Shown piece by piece: positions 11,938 to 21,296 of a stretch of DNA of 64,000 nucleotides. Made by a program: the position numbers and the translations under genes. Source of the stretch: Naegleria gruberi (taxonomy: Eukaryota); the NCBI GenBank assembly GCA_000004985.1, contig GG738909.1. One strand, 5' to 3'. The stretch's first letter is position 1. The number at the start of each line of letters is the position of its first letter. The notes under the pieces are model-generated. The model saw only the letters and a program-made list of their open reading frames with translations. It ran no database searches and had not been told where the DNA came from.

Positions 11938-13557
11938 TTATTTAAATCTATTGTATTGTCTTTTAAAGTCAAATCTGAAATTTCTCAACATTTCATATCT
12001 TGTTTGAAGTGGAATATCATGATGTGATTTAAAATTGTCATGTTTTCGAATAAGTTTTTCGGCAAGATACTTTTCCAATTCATCAAATATTGATGGTTGA
12101 ATTACCTTTCCAATAGATTCTTCTGATAATTTACAAAGTTGCGAATATTCCTTGTGAGAAGAAATCAATTTGGTAATTTCTATTACTATCTGATTCAGTT
12201 CTTGCTTTAAATTAATTTCTTCTTGTTCTATTGATTGTAAAGTATTATAAGTAATCATAGAACTTGTTGAAGTACTTGTATTCAAATCAACAATTGATGA
12301 TGACATACTTGAAGTGTCACTGTCATCAGTCAAACTATTAAGTGAACCATTTAGAGATGTATTTACACTACTATTATTGTTATTAGCAATCAACTTGGAA
12401 ACATATGCCAAAGTATTTGAAATTTCCTTAAATCTTTGAATCAATTCCAATAAATGATGGAATTTTGCACTTTTTGAATTGACCAAATAATTTTTAAATG
12501 ATTTTCTAGAAAGTGTATCATTCATAGTATTCAAAACTAGTACTATTTGTGTTTTTCTCAATTTTCTACTCATTGAAATATCCTTTTTAATCATTAAAGT
12601 AAATGTCAATACCACAATTGGAATTGCTATTAACAAACAAACTCCAATAATTGTTAAACTTGTAGTGGAAGCTTGTTGAGAAATATTTAAATTATTTTGA
12701 ATGTTTGCTTTGATTTTAGTTAACATGTAATTCCAACCATTTGCAAATTGACGTATGGCAGAATTCACATTTGCTGACAGGAGTAATGAAGAAGCAGCTG
12801 ATAAATTTCCCTCCAAAAATATATCTACTATTTCTTGATGTAAATTTAATAAGGAAATATTCTGAGCAGTTATATTATATTCATTTTGAATTGTATTGGA
12901 AATATCAGAATCTACCAAATTTAGTAATTTTCCAATACTTTGTTTAAATATATCCTTTCTAGTTACCCAATCATGAATACTTGCATTATGTGAACCAATT
13001 ACACCTAAATTAATATCATTAGTTGTTAATTGATATTGATAACTCATATCATTATACGAAACTAGAGTTTCCATAATTGGTTTATTCACAACTGTATATG
13101 AATAAATAGTCATACTTCCAATTACAATAAAAGAAATAATATTAATTATCATTCCTAATAATAATAATAATCTTACACAATCACATTCTAATACTGTACC
13201 AAAACATGTCCTTATTTGGATGGTACTAACAAATGACTTGCTATTTATGGATTTGGATATTTTAGTAGTATTAGATTTTGGTGACTTGATACTTGTAATT
13301 GTACTTTTAATATGTTGAGGAGGTTTTACTTCTTGTTGACAGGTGGCAGTTGACTTGTCAAGTGGTTGAGTAGATATCTTATCAAATGATGACATTTTTT
13401 CTTTGTTTTTTAATTTGTTTAATAGAATAATTTGCATCTGATATGACATTATTATTGAGAGATGACAGAATGATGTAAAGCATGGACGCAATCCAATTCT
13501 TAATCGGCAATTATAATAAGATTTTGGTAAAGAGCTACATGAAAGGTATTGATACAA
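11938..13557 (-). CDS. Uncharacterised membrane protein, paralog A. Topology is TM - ~180 aa ectodomain - TM - cytoplasmic coiled-coil.
   Basis: 539-aa track ORF. The likely true start is the internal MSSFDKISTQ (ATG near 13395). TM1 is VRLLLLLGMIINIISFIVIGSMTIYSYTVV and TM2 is LTIIGVCLLIAIPIVVLTFTLMIKK. The cytoplasmic tail carries a YSQLCK motif shared with the neighbouring gene. Confidence 0.6.
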   Translation of the reverse strand: MYQYLSCSSLPKSYYNCRLRIGLRPCFTSFCHLSIIMSYQMQIILLNKLKNKEKMSSFDKISTQPLDKSTATCQQEVKPPQHIKSTITSIKSPKSNTTKISKSINSKSFVSTIQIRTCFGTVLECDCVRLLLLLGMIINIISFIVIGSMTIYSYTVVNKPIMETLVSYNDMSYQYQLTTNDINLGVIGSHNASIHDWVTRKDIFKQSIGKLLNLVDSDISNTIQNEYNITAQNISLLNLHQEIVDIFLEGNLSAASSLLLSANVNSAIRQFANGWNYMLTKIKANIQNNLNISQQASTTSLTIIGVCLLIAIPIVVLTFTLMIKKDISMSRKLRKTQIVLVLNTMNDTLSRKSFKNYLVNSKSAKFHHLLELIQRFKEISNTLAYVSKLIANNNNSSVNTSLNGSLNSLTDDSDTSSMSSSIVDLNTSTSTSSMITYNTLQSIEQEEINLKQELNQIVIEITKLISSHKEYSQLCKLSEESIGKVIQPSIFDELEKYLAEKLIRKHDNFKSHHDIPLQTRYEMLRNFRFDFKRQYNRFK

Positions 13558-13724
13558 GATATTAAACTTGTTTTTTAAACAGAAGGTCTATAAACTGTTA
13601 GGCAAGTCTAACTTTATTAATTATTTGATTAGTGACGTTAAACTTTGTTAGATTTGATTGTTGCCGAATTTATTACAAATAGATAGTTGGTGGAGAGGAA
13701 TCAATAACTGCGTTAAGCGAAGTA
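13396..13724. promoter_or_regulatory. Putative shared bidirectional promoter between the two divergent paralogs.
   Basis: A ~330 bp AT-rich spacer separates the two divergently oriented start codons. The call rests on position only. Confidence 0.3.
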
Positions 13725-15422
13725 ATGGATAATGCCGGACAAATAAGTCCTCGTAGACTTGGAGTTCAACTGTTGTCACTACTCAAAAAAATGTCAGAAT
13801 CAAGTACAACTGCTAGTCCACAGCCAATAAGTCTTAATGTCATATCTCCATCTACAACAAACATTGAATTGATAGAAAAGAATGTAGATATTAGTGGAGT
13901 TCTGTCAGATGCCACCTCAAATCCTCATGAAGATGACAATGACAGTGTAATTGCAGATATTTTCGATGATATGGCATTCAATCAACCAATAGATAATCAA
14001 ATAGAAGAACCAATAAGCCATCCACAAATTTCCAAATCAAAAAACAAATTTCTAAAAAAGGTAATGTTTGGCTTGGATAGAAAAACAAGTACTTGTTGTT
14101 CAACTCAATTTAGTTGTATTTCTTGTTTATCCATGTTAGCCCTACTTCTTAATATTGCATCTCTATTAGCAATCATTGGTTTATCAATAGCTTCAAATGT
14201 CAGTTATCAATCAGTCAAAGTTGTTGACGTAATGTCACTTGTAACTGAGGCCACTAACATGCATACAACAATGGGTTCTAGAGTGAGAGAAGTATCCTAT
14301 AATATCTATGGATATGTACCTTCCTCAGTTGTCAGATCATTTTACACCTCTTCAAAATCAACTTTGTTAAATGATTTGAAAAATTTTACAAAGATTTTGC
14401 CACCAAATGAATTGAAAATGTTAAATTCGATTGTTGATTCGAATTTTACAACAGTACCTAATTCAAAGTTATGGGAAACTGTATTGAATTTGATTAGTTC
14501 TTCAAGTACAGGAGGTGGTGGTGGTCAACCTCCAACAGGTAATGGAACTAGTCCAGTAAATCCACAACCATCAAGAAATTCAACAAATTCTGGATCAATG
14601 ACAAATTCAGTGAATACTACTGAATTGTTAGCAGCTCAAAAATTATTAGAATCTGAAGCATTTATTATTAGTGAAAAAGAAAATACGAATAATTTTGATC
14701 ATTTTCTTGGTCAATTGATACAATTATGTTGGGATTCTCATAATTTAGCCAGAAGTACACTCATTGCATGTTTAGTTTTGATTTGTGCTTCGATAGCCCT
14801 TGTCATTCCATTTGCTGTTTTAATTTTCCTAATTGGGTTGATTAGTTCAAGCAAAGATGAAAAGAAACTTTTCAAAGCAAATACTATTTTACTATTCGAA
14901 ACAATGGAGAGTCAAAACCTAAGACCTTTGTTTGAAAAATTCTGTATGAGTGCAGGTAGAGAACGTCAATTCAATTTCATATCCAAAACCAGAGATTATT
15001 CACAGCTCTGTAAAAGATCCTTGGAATTACAAATGAGAACATTCGAAATTACTCAAGATATTCTAAAGGGAGGCGAATTAATAGAAAAGCCAAATGCTCT
15101 TACTTTGAAACAAGTCAATCAGAATGAAAAGTTTCTTAAGGAAGTTGAATATATGAAACAACAAGTTGCATTTGAATTATTAGAATGTATGGATATGAAT
15201 TATGATATGGGAATTAACATGAATCAAATTAATTATGATGATTTGATTCATCAAATAGATCAGTTTAATAATAAGGAAGATGATTATCAGATTCTTGATA
15301 TTTTACCAGTTGATTTATTTGAAAAGTGTGAACATGAAGTTGTTCAATCATTGATAGAAGTGCATAATTATTTTAAGCAAACTGATGACTTTGTCAATGC
15401 TGTCTCAATCATTTATAAATAA
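13725..15422 (+). CDS. Uncharacterised membrane protein, paralog B, with the same 2-TM sensor-like topology as paralog A.
   Basis: 565 aa. TM1 is MLALLLNIASLLAIIGLSIASNV and TM2 is LIACLVLICASIALVIPFAVLIFLIGLI. A post-TM2 segment aligns with paralog A: KKLFKANTILLFETMESQNL vs RKLRKTQIVLVLNTMNDTL. Both have a TRDYSQLCKRS/HKEYSQLCKLS motif. Confidence 0.6.
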   Translation: MDNAGQISPRRLGVQLLSLLKKMSESSTTASPQPISLNVISPSTTNIELIEKNVDISGVLSDATSNPHEDDNDSVIADIFDDMAFNQPIDNQIEEPISHPQISKSKNKFLKKVMFGLDRKTSTCCSTQFSCISCLSMLALLLNIASLLAIIGLSIASNVSYQSVKVVDVMSLVTEATNMHTTMGSRVREVSYNIYGYVPSSVVRSFYTSSKSTLLNDLKNFTKILPPNELKMLNSIVDSNFTTVPNSKLWETVLNLISSSSTGGGGGQPPTGNGTSPVNPQPSRNSTNSGSMTNSVNTTELLAAQKLLESEAFIISEKENTNNFDHFLGQLIQLCWDSHNLARSTLIACLVLICASIALVIPFAVLIFLIGLISSSKDEKKLFKANTILLFETMESQNLRPLFEKFCMSAGRERQFNFISKTRDYSQLCKRSLELQMRTFEITQDILKGGELIEKPNALTLKQVNQNEKFLKEVEYMKQQVAFELLECMDMNYDMGINMNQINYDDLIHQIDQFNNKEDDYQILDILPVDLFEKCEHEVVQSLIEVHNYFKQTDDFVNAVSIIYK

Positions 15423-15440
15423 AAGAACCTTAATTGGAGG

Positions 15441-15566
15441 AGGTAGGTAAATGTGAAATACTTTTATAATGAATGTGCTCGTCTCGTGGTGTAATGGTAG
15501 CATAGTGGACTTTGAATCCATTGACGGAGGTTCGATTCCTCCCGAGACGGTAAACGTGGCGAGCGT
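15441..15566 (+). repeat. Duplicated tRNA-Gln unit, copy 1 (gene plus conserved flanks).
   Basis: The 5' flank aggtag..aaatgtgaaatacttttataatgaatgtgctc and the 3' flank ggtaaacgtggcgagc match the second copy at 20481-20604 nearly exactly. Confidence 0.7.
15480..15550 (+). tRNA. tRNA-Gln (anticodon UUG).
   Basis: Manual cloverleaf: acceptor CGTCTCG/CGAGACG, D arm GTGT-AATGGTA-GCAT, anticodon arm GTGGA-CTTTGAA-TCCAT, 4-nt variable loop, T arm GGAGG-TTCGATT-CCTCC, discriminator G. 71 nt, with box A and box B present. Confidence 0.9.
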
Positions 15567-15680
15567 AATAATTTTTTTATTGGCAATGGGAAAACAAATT
15601 CTTAGATATATAAGGGATGATTTTTAAGACATCTCAAGAAGTTTCAGATAAATAATAATATAATTTTTATCTTAACTTGG

Positions 15681-18600
15681 CTATTTCTTATTTCTGGTTG
15701 ATGATCGTGTCTTTCGTGGTTTCTCTTCTTCATCACTACTAGTATCATCAAAACTTTCTTGTTTCTTTCTTCTTCGAGTGGTAGTTTCCTTTTTTGATGT
15801 TTCCTTCTTTTCAAAGAATTTTGCATACTGAATCTTGTTATCATCACTCATAAGATCTTGAACAGTTTCACCCTTATTATTTTTTAGAGATAGATCTATT
15901 ACTTCGAAAATAAAATCACAGCTGCGTGATTCTAAAGCATAAAAGGCTGCTGTTTTCAGTTCATTGTCTTGAGCATTTAGTGCATCTTGTCTGTTAACTG
16001 TTGAAAGATAATTAATCAAATCTTTCACTATGACATCTTTGTCGGGATAGTAATTAGGTTTTTGACATGCAAAGTGAATAAGAGTTTTTCCTGTATCGTC
16101 ACATTTGGTTGTAATCCAAGGAATCAAAATATCTTTGCTCAAATCTGAATTAATGAGAATATTCTTTTTCTTTCTTCCTGTTGTATCTTCAAGTACAATA
16201 TAAAACAATAGATACATTAATCCTTTCCAATAGCATATATCTAATAGACTGAAGTGGTGGTGCTTGTGGTTTTGTTTCCTTGGAGTGTTTTGTTTGGACC
16301 AAGCTAACTTGGCTTGAAACACAGTTTCCTCTAAAATGTTTAGCCAACCATTATTGTGGCAACAGTTTGGTGTGTCTTTAATTTTTTCTTCATTGTTTAT
16401 AGCAATCTTGAAACGTGTACTAAACATCTTAAACCTCTCCTCAAGAGTTAAATCAGAAAAAAGAGATGCAATTGTTTCTGCCATTTCAATTTGTCCATCC
16501 TTATTCCCAAATCTATGTTTTCTTTCAACAATTACACCAATTAGTATTTGCAAAATCTCTTCCTTTGTAAAGTCATGTGTATATGAATTATCAGAAATAA
16601 TAAAATAACAAATGTTAAAATGGTTTGATTCAAATGCTAACCGAAAATGTTTGATACTCCATTCTTGTTTTGTGGTAATATACATATTTCCTGCATCAAA
16701 AAGTCCTCTTTTTGCCAACTCATCCAAAATGGATGTACCATCTTTGAATGGCTCACTATAGAGATTATCTAAAATACTAAGAGAAGATTCATCGGAGAAG
16801 ATTTGATGAATTTGTTTAAGAATTTCAGTGGTTTCCATAATTACTGCTAGTTGGACAATATTAAGATTGCCATAAAATTCATCTTCATGTCTGAATGAAG
16901 CAATAATTGTGGCAATATCTGTAAAATTTGGTGGTTGGTACCGAAATGCTGTTAGGGAGTGATCAAGTTTAATACCAAGAATACCTTTTAAATATGAAAA
17001 ATCTAATGCCTCGGAGGATTTGCTTGAAATGACTGAGTAATAGAGTGCATCTGTTTTTTTGTTTGGAATATCAATAATATTTTCCAGTAGTTTTGCAGGG
17101 ATGAGAGGATTATCTGAGTAGAAGATTTCATGAATATCAGAATGGGAATTATGTCTATGATGGGAGCACAATGATAATAAATATAAGAGTGGTGAAATGG
17201 GAGTACCCTTAACAATACAAATCTTGGTCAGTGTATCTTCAAAATTATCAAAATATTTGAAGATTGTTCTTAAGTTTTCCAAGTTTGGATTGATAATAGA
17301 ATTAAATAGTTGCATTAACAATAAAGCTCTGTTGCGATCAAGATTACCCTTCTCATAATATGTATCAGACAATTCTGAAAGAGTCTCATTTAAATTACAT
17401 CCTCTAACAAGTAGATTTTCTAGTAAATCAAGTGTAGAAATCTTTTCATCACAGCCAAAATAGAAATGTGAATTTGGTTCATCTGAATCGAGTCTTTCTA
17501 TTACGTTGGTAAGGAAGCTTTTGTTGTTATAGCGTTTTGTCAATGTTTCTTCTGAAATTGAGTCAATAAGTGCTGTAACGTCAGTATCTGAGTTAAAGTG
17601 ACCTAAAAAGTAAAACAAAGGAAGATTTTCATCTTCATCAATAGCATTAGCATCAACTCCTAACTGGATTAATTTGCTAACTATTCCTCTTGCTTTAGAG
17701 CACAAATTGATTAATTTGTGCAGCAAGTTTTGATTCTTTTCAAATTTCAATTCATTAATTGATAAACCATATTTTGAATACGCTTTTCCAAATGCATCAA
17801 TTGTGGTTAATAATTCATTATTCTCAATATTTCTTTCAATTTCAATTCTTTTGATTAAACGTTCTAAAGGATTATAACCCTTATTATTTTTCATTTGAAA
17901 ATATTCTACTGGTACTGCATCAATAAGAGCTATCAGGAGTGTTAAATATTTAAAAAAAGAATAAACTACTTACATGGAGAACAAGGATGTATATGAATGA
18001 GATTATTTCCTGTTGTTGGACAAACAAACTTGACATCACAACCAGCCTTAATCAAGGATGAAATAATATTTTCATCAATAGTGTATTCATTATTGCTAGC
18101 ACCTGTCAAATATGAATGTAAAATGTTTAAATTCATTTCATCTCCATTCACAATACCTTTTACATCACCTAATGTAATAATAGATGGATTAAGAGTACAT
18201 AAAAATTCAATAATTTCTGGTTGATGAGTGGATTTACTTCTCTTAATGAACAATAATAATGGATTGATTTCTTCATCACATACAAGTGGAAAATTAGATT
18301 GTTCAAATAATATTTTAAACATTTTAGGACTGGAAGTACGAGATAATACTTGAGAAATAATATTCCAATCAATATCCATTGGAGATAGTAGATTTTTGAA
18401 AAATTGTTTTTCATACATGTAATCAATGATTTCATCATTTTCTATATAAAGAATTTGAGAGTAAGAAGCAAGTAGAGGTGTACCATAGCCTCTTTCCACA
18501 TGTTTTACATTCTCTTCTAAAATAAAGTCAATCAATGCTTTGCTATAAAGAGGTCCTGGTAATAATAGAATGTTCAATCTCTTAAGAGAGAAGTGTTGTT

Positions 18601-19612
18601 CCTTAACAAGGTATTTGAATAAATTAATTACATTTTCAGGAATAAGGCAATTTGTTACTGTTATAAGTGTTGAGTTATCTATATTCATTGCCTTGACAAT
18701 AGAGCTAAATTGAGTCAAATATTTCTTATTAGTAATGGATTGAATATTTGTAATATCTTGTCTGTAAGTGATATTCATTTCTAAAGGATAATTTCTACGA
18801 GTATCCACAGTGAGTGGGCCAACATAAAATATCTCCATAGTTTGTAATTTGTGAAAAAGAGTCAACATGTTATTTGGTACATTAACTCTGGTACCAAAAC
18901 CTGGTACAATTAACTTTTCAACATTTGGGAATAAAAGTGCCAATAATCTAATGCAATCATTATTTGTTCTAATATCACAATATGAATCATACCAAGGGAA
19001 ATTATATTTCACTAATTCATAATCGATATCATTTCTTTGAATCAAGTCAAGTTCCTTCACATTTTGACAAATGACTGTATCAAAATCATCTAACCACTGT
19101 TGTGAAATACATCTAATATTTAAAAAGTATGGAAATGGAGGAACATATTCAAGTATCATGTGGAGAATATGTCTAGGTAAATAACAATCAAATTTAGGTA
19201 AATAGAAAAATCCTTGTTCCTATCCAATAAAATCAATTAATATCAAGGCTTTAGAATAAAAACTTACCCAATCCATTCTTTTGACTTTTTTACTTCTAGC
19301 ATCCAATAAACGTTTAGTATTAAAAATACCAATAACAGATACTGATTGCTCACCATCCTCATCAACCATATTATCATCATTTCCCTCTTCTTCAACATTT
19401 TGTGAATCATCCCCAACTACTTCTTTAATTCTTTCTTCTGTACTCTTTTTTAATTTCTTTTTAGGAGCACGTAGTGGTTGTGGTGATTCATTTACTTTCT
19501 CTTCCGATGATGTTACAGAGTCATCAACATCACTCAACACTGAATCGACGGATTCATCTGATGAATAGTCAACATATTTAGTGGCTCGCTTTTTTCCAGT
19601 TCTTGGAGGCAT
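15681..19612 (-). CDS. F-box / ankyrin-repeat protein, ~1270 aa, three exons.
   Basis: Exon 1 (19268-19612) runs MPPRTGKKRATK...RMDW. A 48-nt intron follows, with a GTAAGT donor and an ATAG acceptor. Exon 2 (17966-19219) begins EQGFFYLPKFDCYLPRHILHMILEYV, an F-box-like motif. A ~70-nt GTAAGT intron at ~17895-17965 precedes exon 3 (15681-~17900). Exon 3 has ankyrin-like repeats (TGKTLIHFACQK..., LNAQDNELKTAAFYALESRS) and a basic KK/RR tail. Joining is frame-consistent. Confidence 0.65.
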
Positions 19613-19838
19613 TCTTTTTGTGTGTGATGAAAATTTTAGTATACTACCGAAACTAATAAAAAATCTTCAGATTAGGAAGAAAAAGCATTCTTCTAAATTC
19701 TTGAAAATGTAACAATTGGAACTTATTCGTACTCTAACCAATCAATTCACATCATGATATTTTTTAATAACAAGGCCGCAACAATAACTTTTCTTCTCCA
19801 CTTTGCACAATTTTTGGATGTTTAAGGCAACTCTCGTA

Positions 19839-19919
19839 GCAGACTTGGCCGAGTGGTTAAGGCGACAGACTTGAAATCTGTTGGGGAAACCTTCGTAGGT
19901 TCGAATCCTGCAGTCTGCG
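19839..19919 (+). tRNA. tRNA-Ser (anticodon UGA).
   Basis: Acceptor GCAGACT/AGTCTGC, D arm GCCG-AGTGGTTAA-GGCG, anticodon arm ACAGA-CTTGAAA-TCTGT, long variable arm TGGGGAAACCTTCG (class II), T arm GCAGG-TTCGAATC-CTGC. 81 nt. Confidence 0.9.
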
Positions 19920-19976
19920 TCTGAAATTTTGTTTGGATAGAAAGTATTCAATTTGGTTGGATATCCACTATAAAAA

Positions 19977-20321
19977 ATGTCTCGCGCCAAGTCTAGTGAT
20001 GTATTTCTTTTTGGTTTAATTTGTGGGTTTGTTTTATCAGCACCAACATTCCTATTAGCATGTAAATATTTCAAACAATCTCCATTACTAATTTGTCCAG
20101 TGACGAGTGCATCTTTGGGTTTTTTCTTTAGTGCTGCCTATCAATGGGAATGGGGAATCGGATGGCCAACTGGATTGGGATGTACATGTGCAATTACATT
20201 GAATAGTTTGGGTATGATGATGTTTACTTCGGATGATGAATTTGGAGAATGGATTTCTCTGATTGCATATACTGTTGCTAGTGGATTGATTGGAAGTTGG
20301 TGTGGAGCTCAATCACAATAA
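19977..20321 (+). CDS. Small hydrophobic protein (114 aa, ~4 predicted TM). Hypothetical.
   Basis: The ORF starts 58 bp downstream of tRNA-Ser and is strongly hydrophobic (FLFGLICGFVLSAPTFLLA..., LIAYTVASGLIGSWCG). It has more G/C in third codon positions than neighbouring genes and no recognisable domain. Confidence 0.3.
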   Translation: MSRAKSSDVFLFGLICGFVLSAPTFLLACKYFKQSPLLICPVTSASLGFFFSAAYQWEWGIGWPTGLGCTCAITLNSLGMMMFTSDDEFGEWISLIAYTVASGLIGSWCGAQSQ

Positions 20322-20480
20322 TATATTGAAATATTGTACCTAAAATGAAACGCCATTAATTTTTATTATTTTCCTAGTTTGAAATTATTTGAATCATAAC
20401 ATTGTTTATCATGTATTCCAAGAATTCATCATAATTTTAAGCAACAATAGATGACTTTTTGATACAAGCTTAAATGAAAG

Positions 20481-20604
20481 AGGTAGTGAAATGTGAAATA
20501 CTTTTATAATGAATGTGCTCGTCTCGTGGTGTAATGGTAGCATAGTGGACTTTGAATCCATTGACGGAGGTTCGATTCCTCCCGAGACGGTAACGTGGCG
20601 AGCC
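20481..20604 (+). repeat. Duplicated tRNA-Gln unit, copy 2.
   Basis: See copy 1. The gene body is identical. The 5' flank (33 nt or more) is identical. The 3' flank differs by a 1-nt indel (gtaacgtggcgagc). Confidence 0.7.
20520..20590 (+). tRNA. tRNA-Gln (anticodon UUG), second copy.
   Basis: Sequence identical to the 15480-15550 copy, with the same cloverleaf. Confidence 0.9.
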
Positions 20605-20711
20605 ATGAAATTTTTTTGCTGATTGAACAATTCCTTTTTGGATTTAAATGATTGGTTTTAAAATAACATTTTTAAGAAGATTTACATATAAAAAAAAGAA
20701 AATATTTTTCA

Positions 20712-21275
20712 TTAAACTAAATCCTTAATCATAATAATATCACATCTTGAACATAAATGTTTATCCTCACAATCAATAACTCTTGAAAATCCAAATTTTT
20801 CATACAATGCAAGTGCCTCCACTAAAACAGAAGCAGTTTCCAATTCCATTTGTTTATAATTCATTTCCTTAGCTTTTTCTATGGCTCTTTCCAATAATTT
20901 TCTACCTAATCCCTTTCCTCTATATTCCTCTCTCAAATACATTTTTCTCAATTCACATTTACTTTCGGATAATTTATAAATTCCACAACTGGCAATAATT
21001 TTTGATTCAATGGATGAAGAATTGGAATTTAATTCAACTATTTCTAAATAACCATTATTTGTAAAGTAATACTTTTCAATATTTAATAAATCATCATCAA
21101 TATTATCGGAAGGATCTTGAATTTGTTTAAGACCATATTTAGTAAGAATTTGAGTGACCATTTCTAGAATTTGTGGTCCATCTTGTTCCGTTGCTGCTCT
21201 GAATGTGATGAAATTATTATTATCACTACTTGGTTTACTCATTTTTTTTATTAAATTAATATAATTTTTATTCAA
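20712..21275 (-). CDS. GNAT-family N-acetyltransferase.
   Basis: Motif A (R/Q-x-x-G-x-G/A) appears as YRGKGLGRKLLERAIEKAKE, followed by LALYEKFGF. The likely real start is the internal MSKPSSDNNNF (~21242). Confidence 0.75.
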   Translation of the reverse strand: MNKNYINLIKKMSKPSSDNNNFITFRAATEQDGPQILEMVTQILTKYGLKQIQDPSDNIDDDLLNIEKYYFTNNGYLEIVELNSNSSSIESKIIASCGIYKLSESKCELRKMYLREEYRGKGLGRKLLERAIEKAKEMNYKQMELETASVLVEALALYEKFGFSRVIDCEDKHLCSRCDIIMIKDLV

Positions 21276-21296
21276 TTAAATATATTATTAGGTGGT

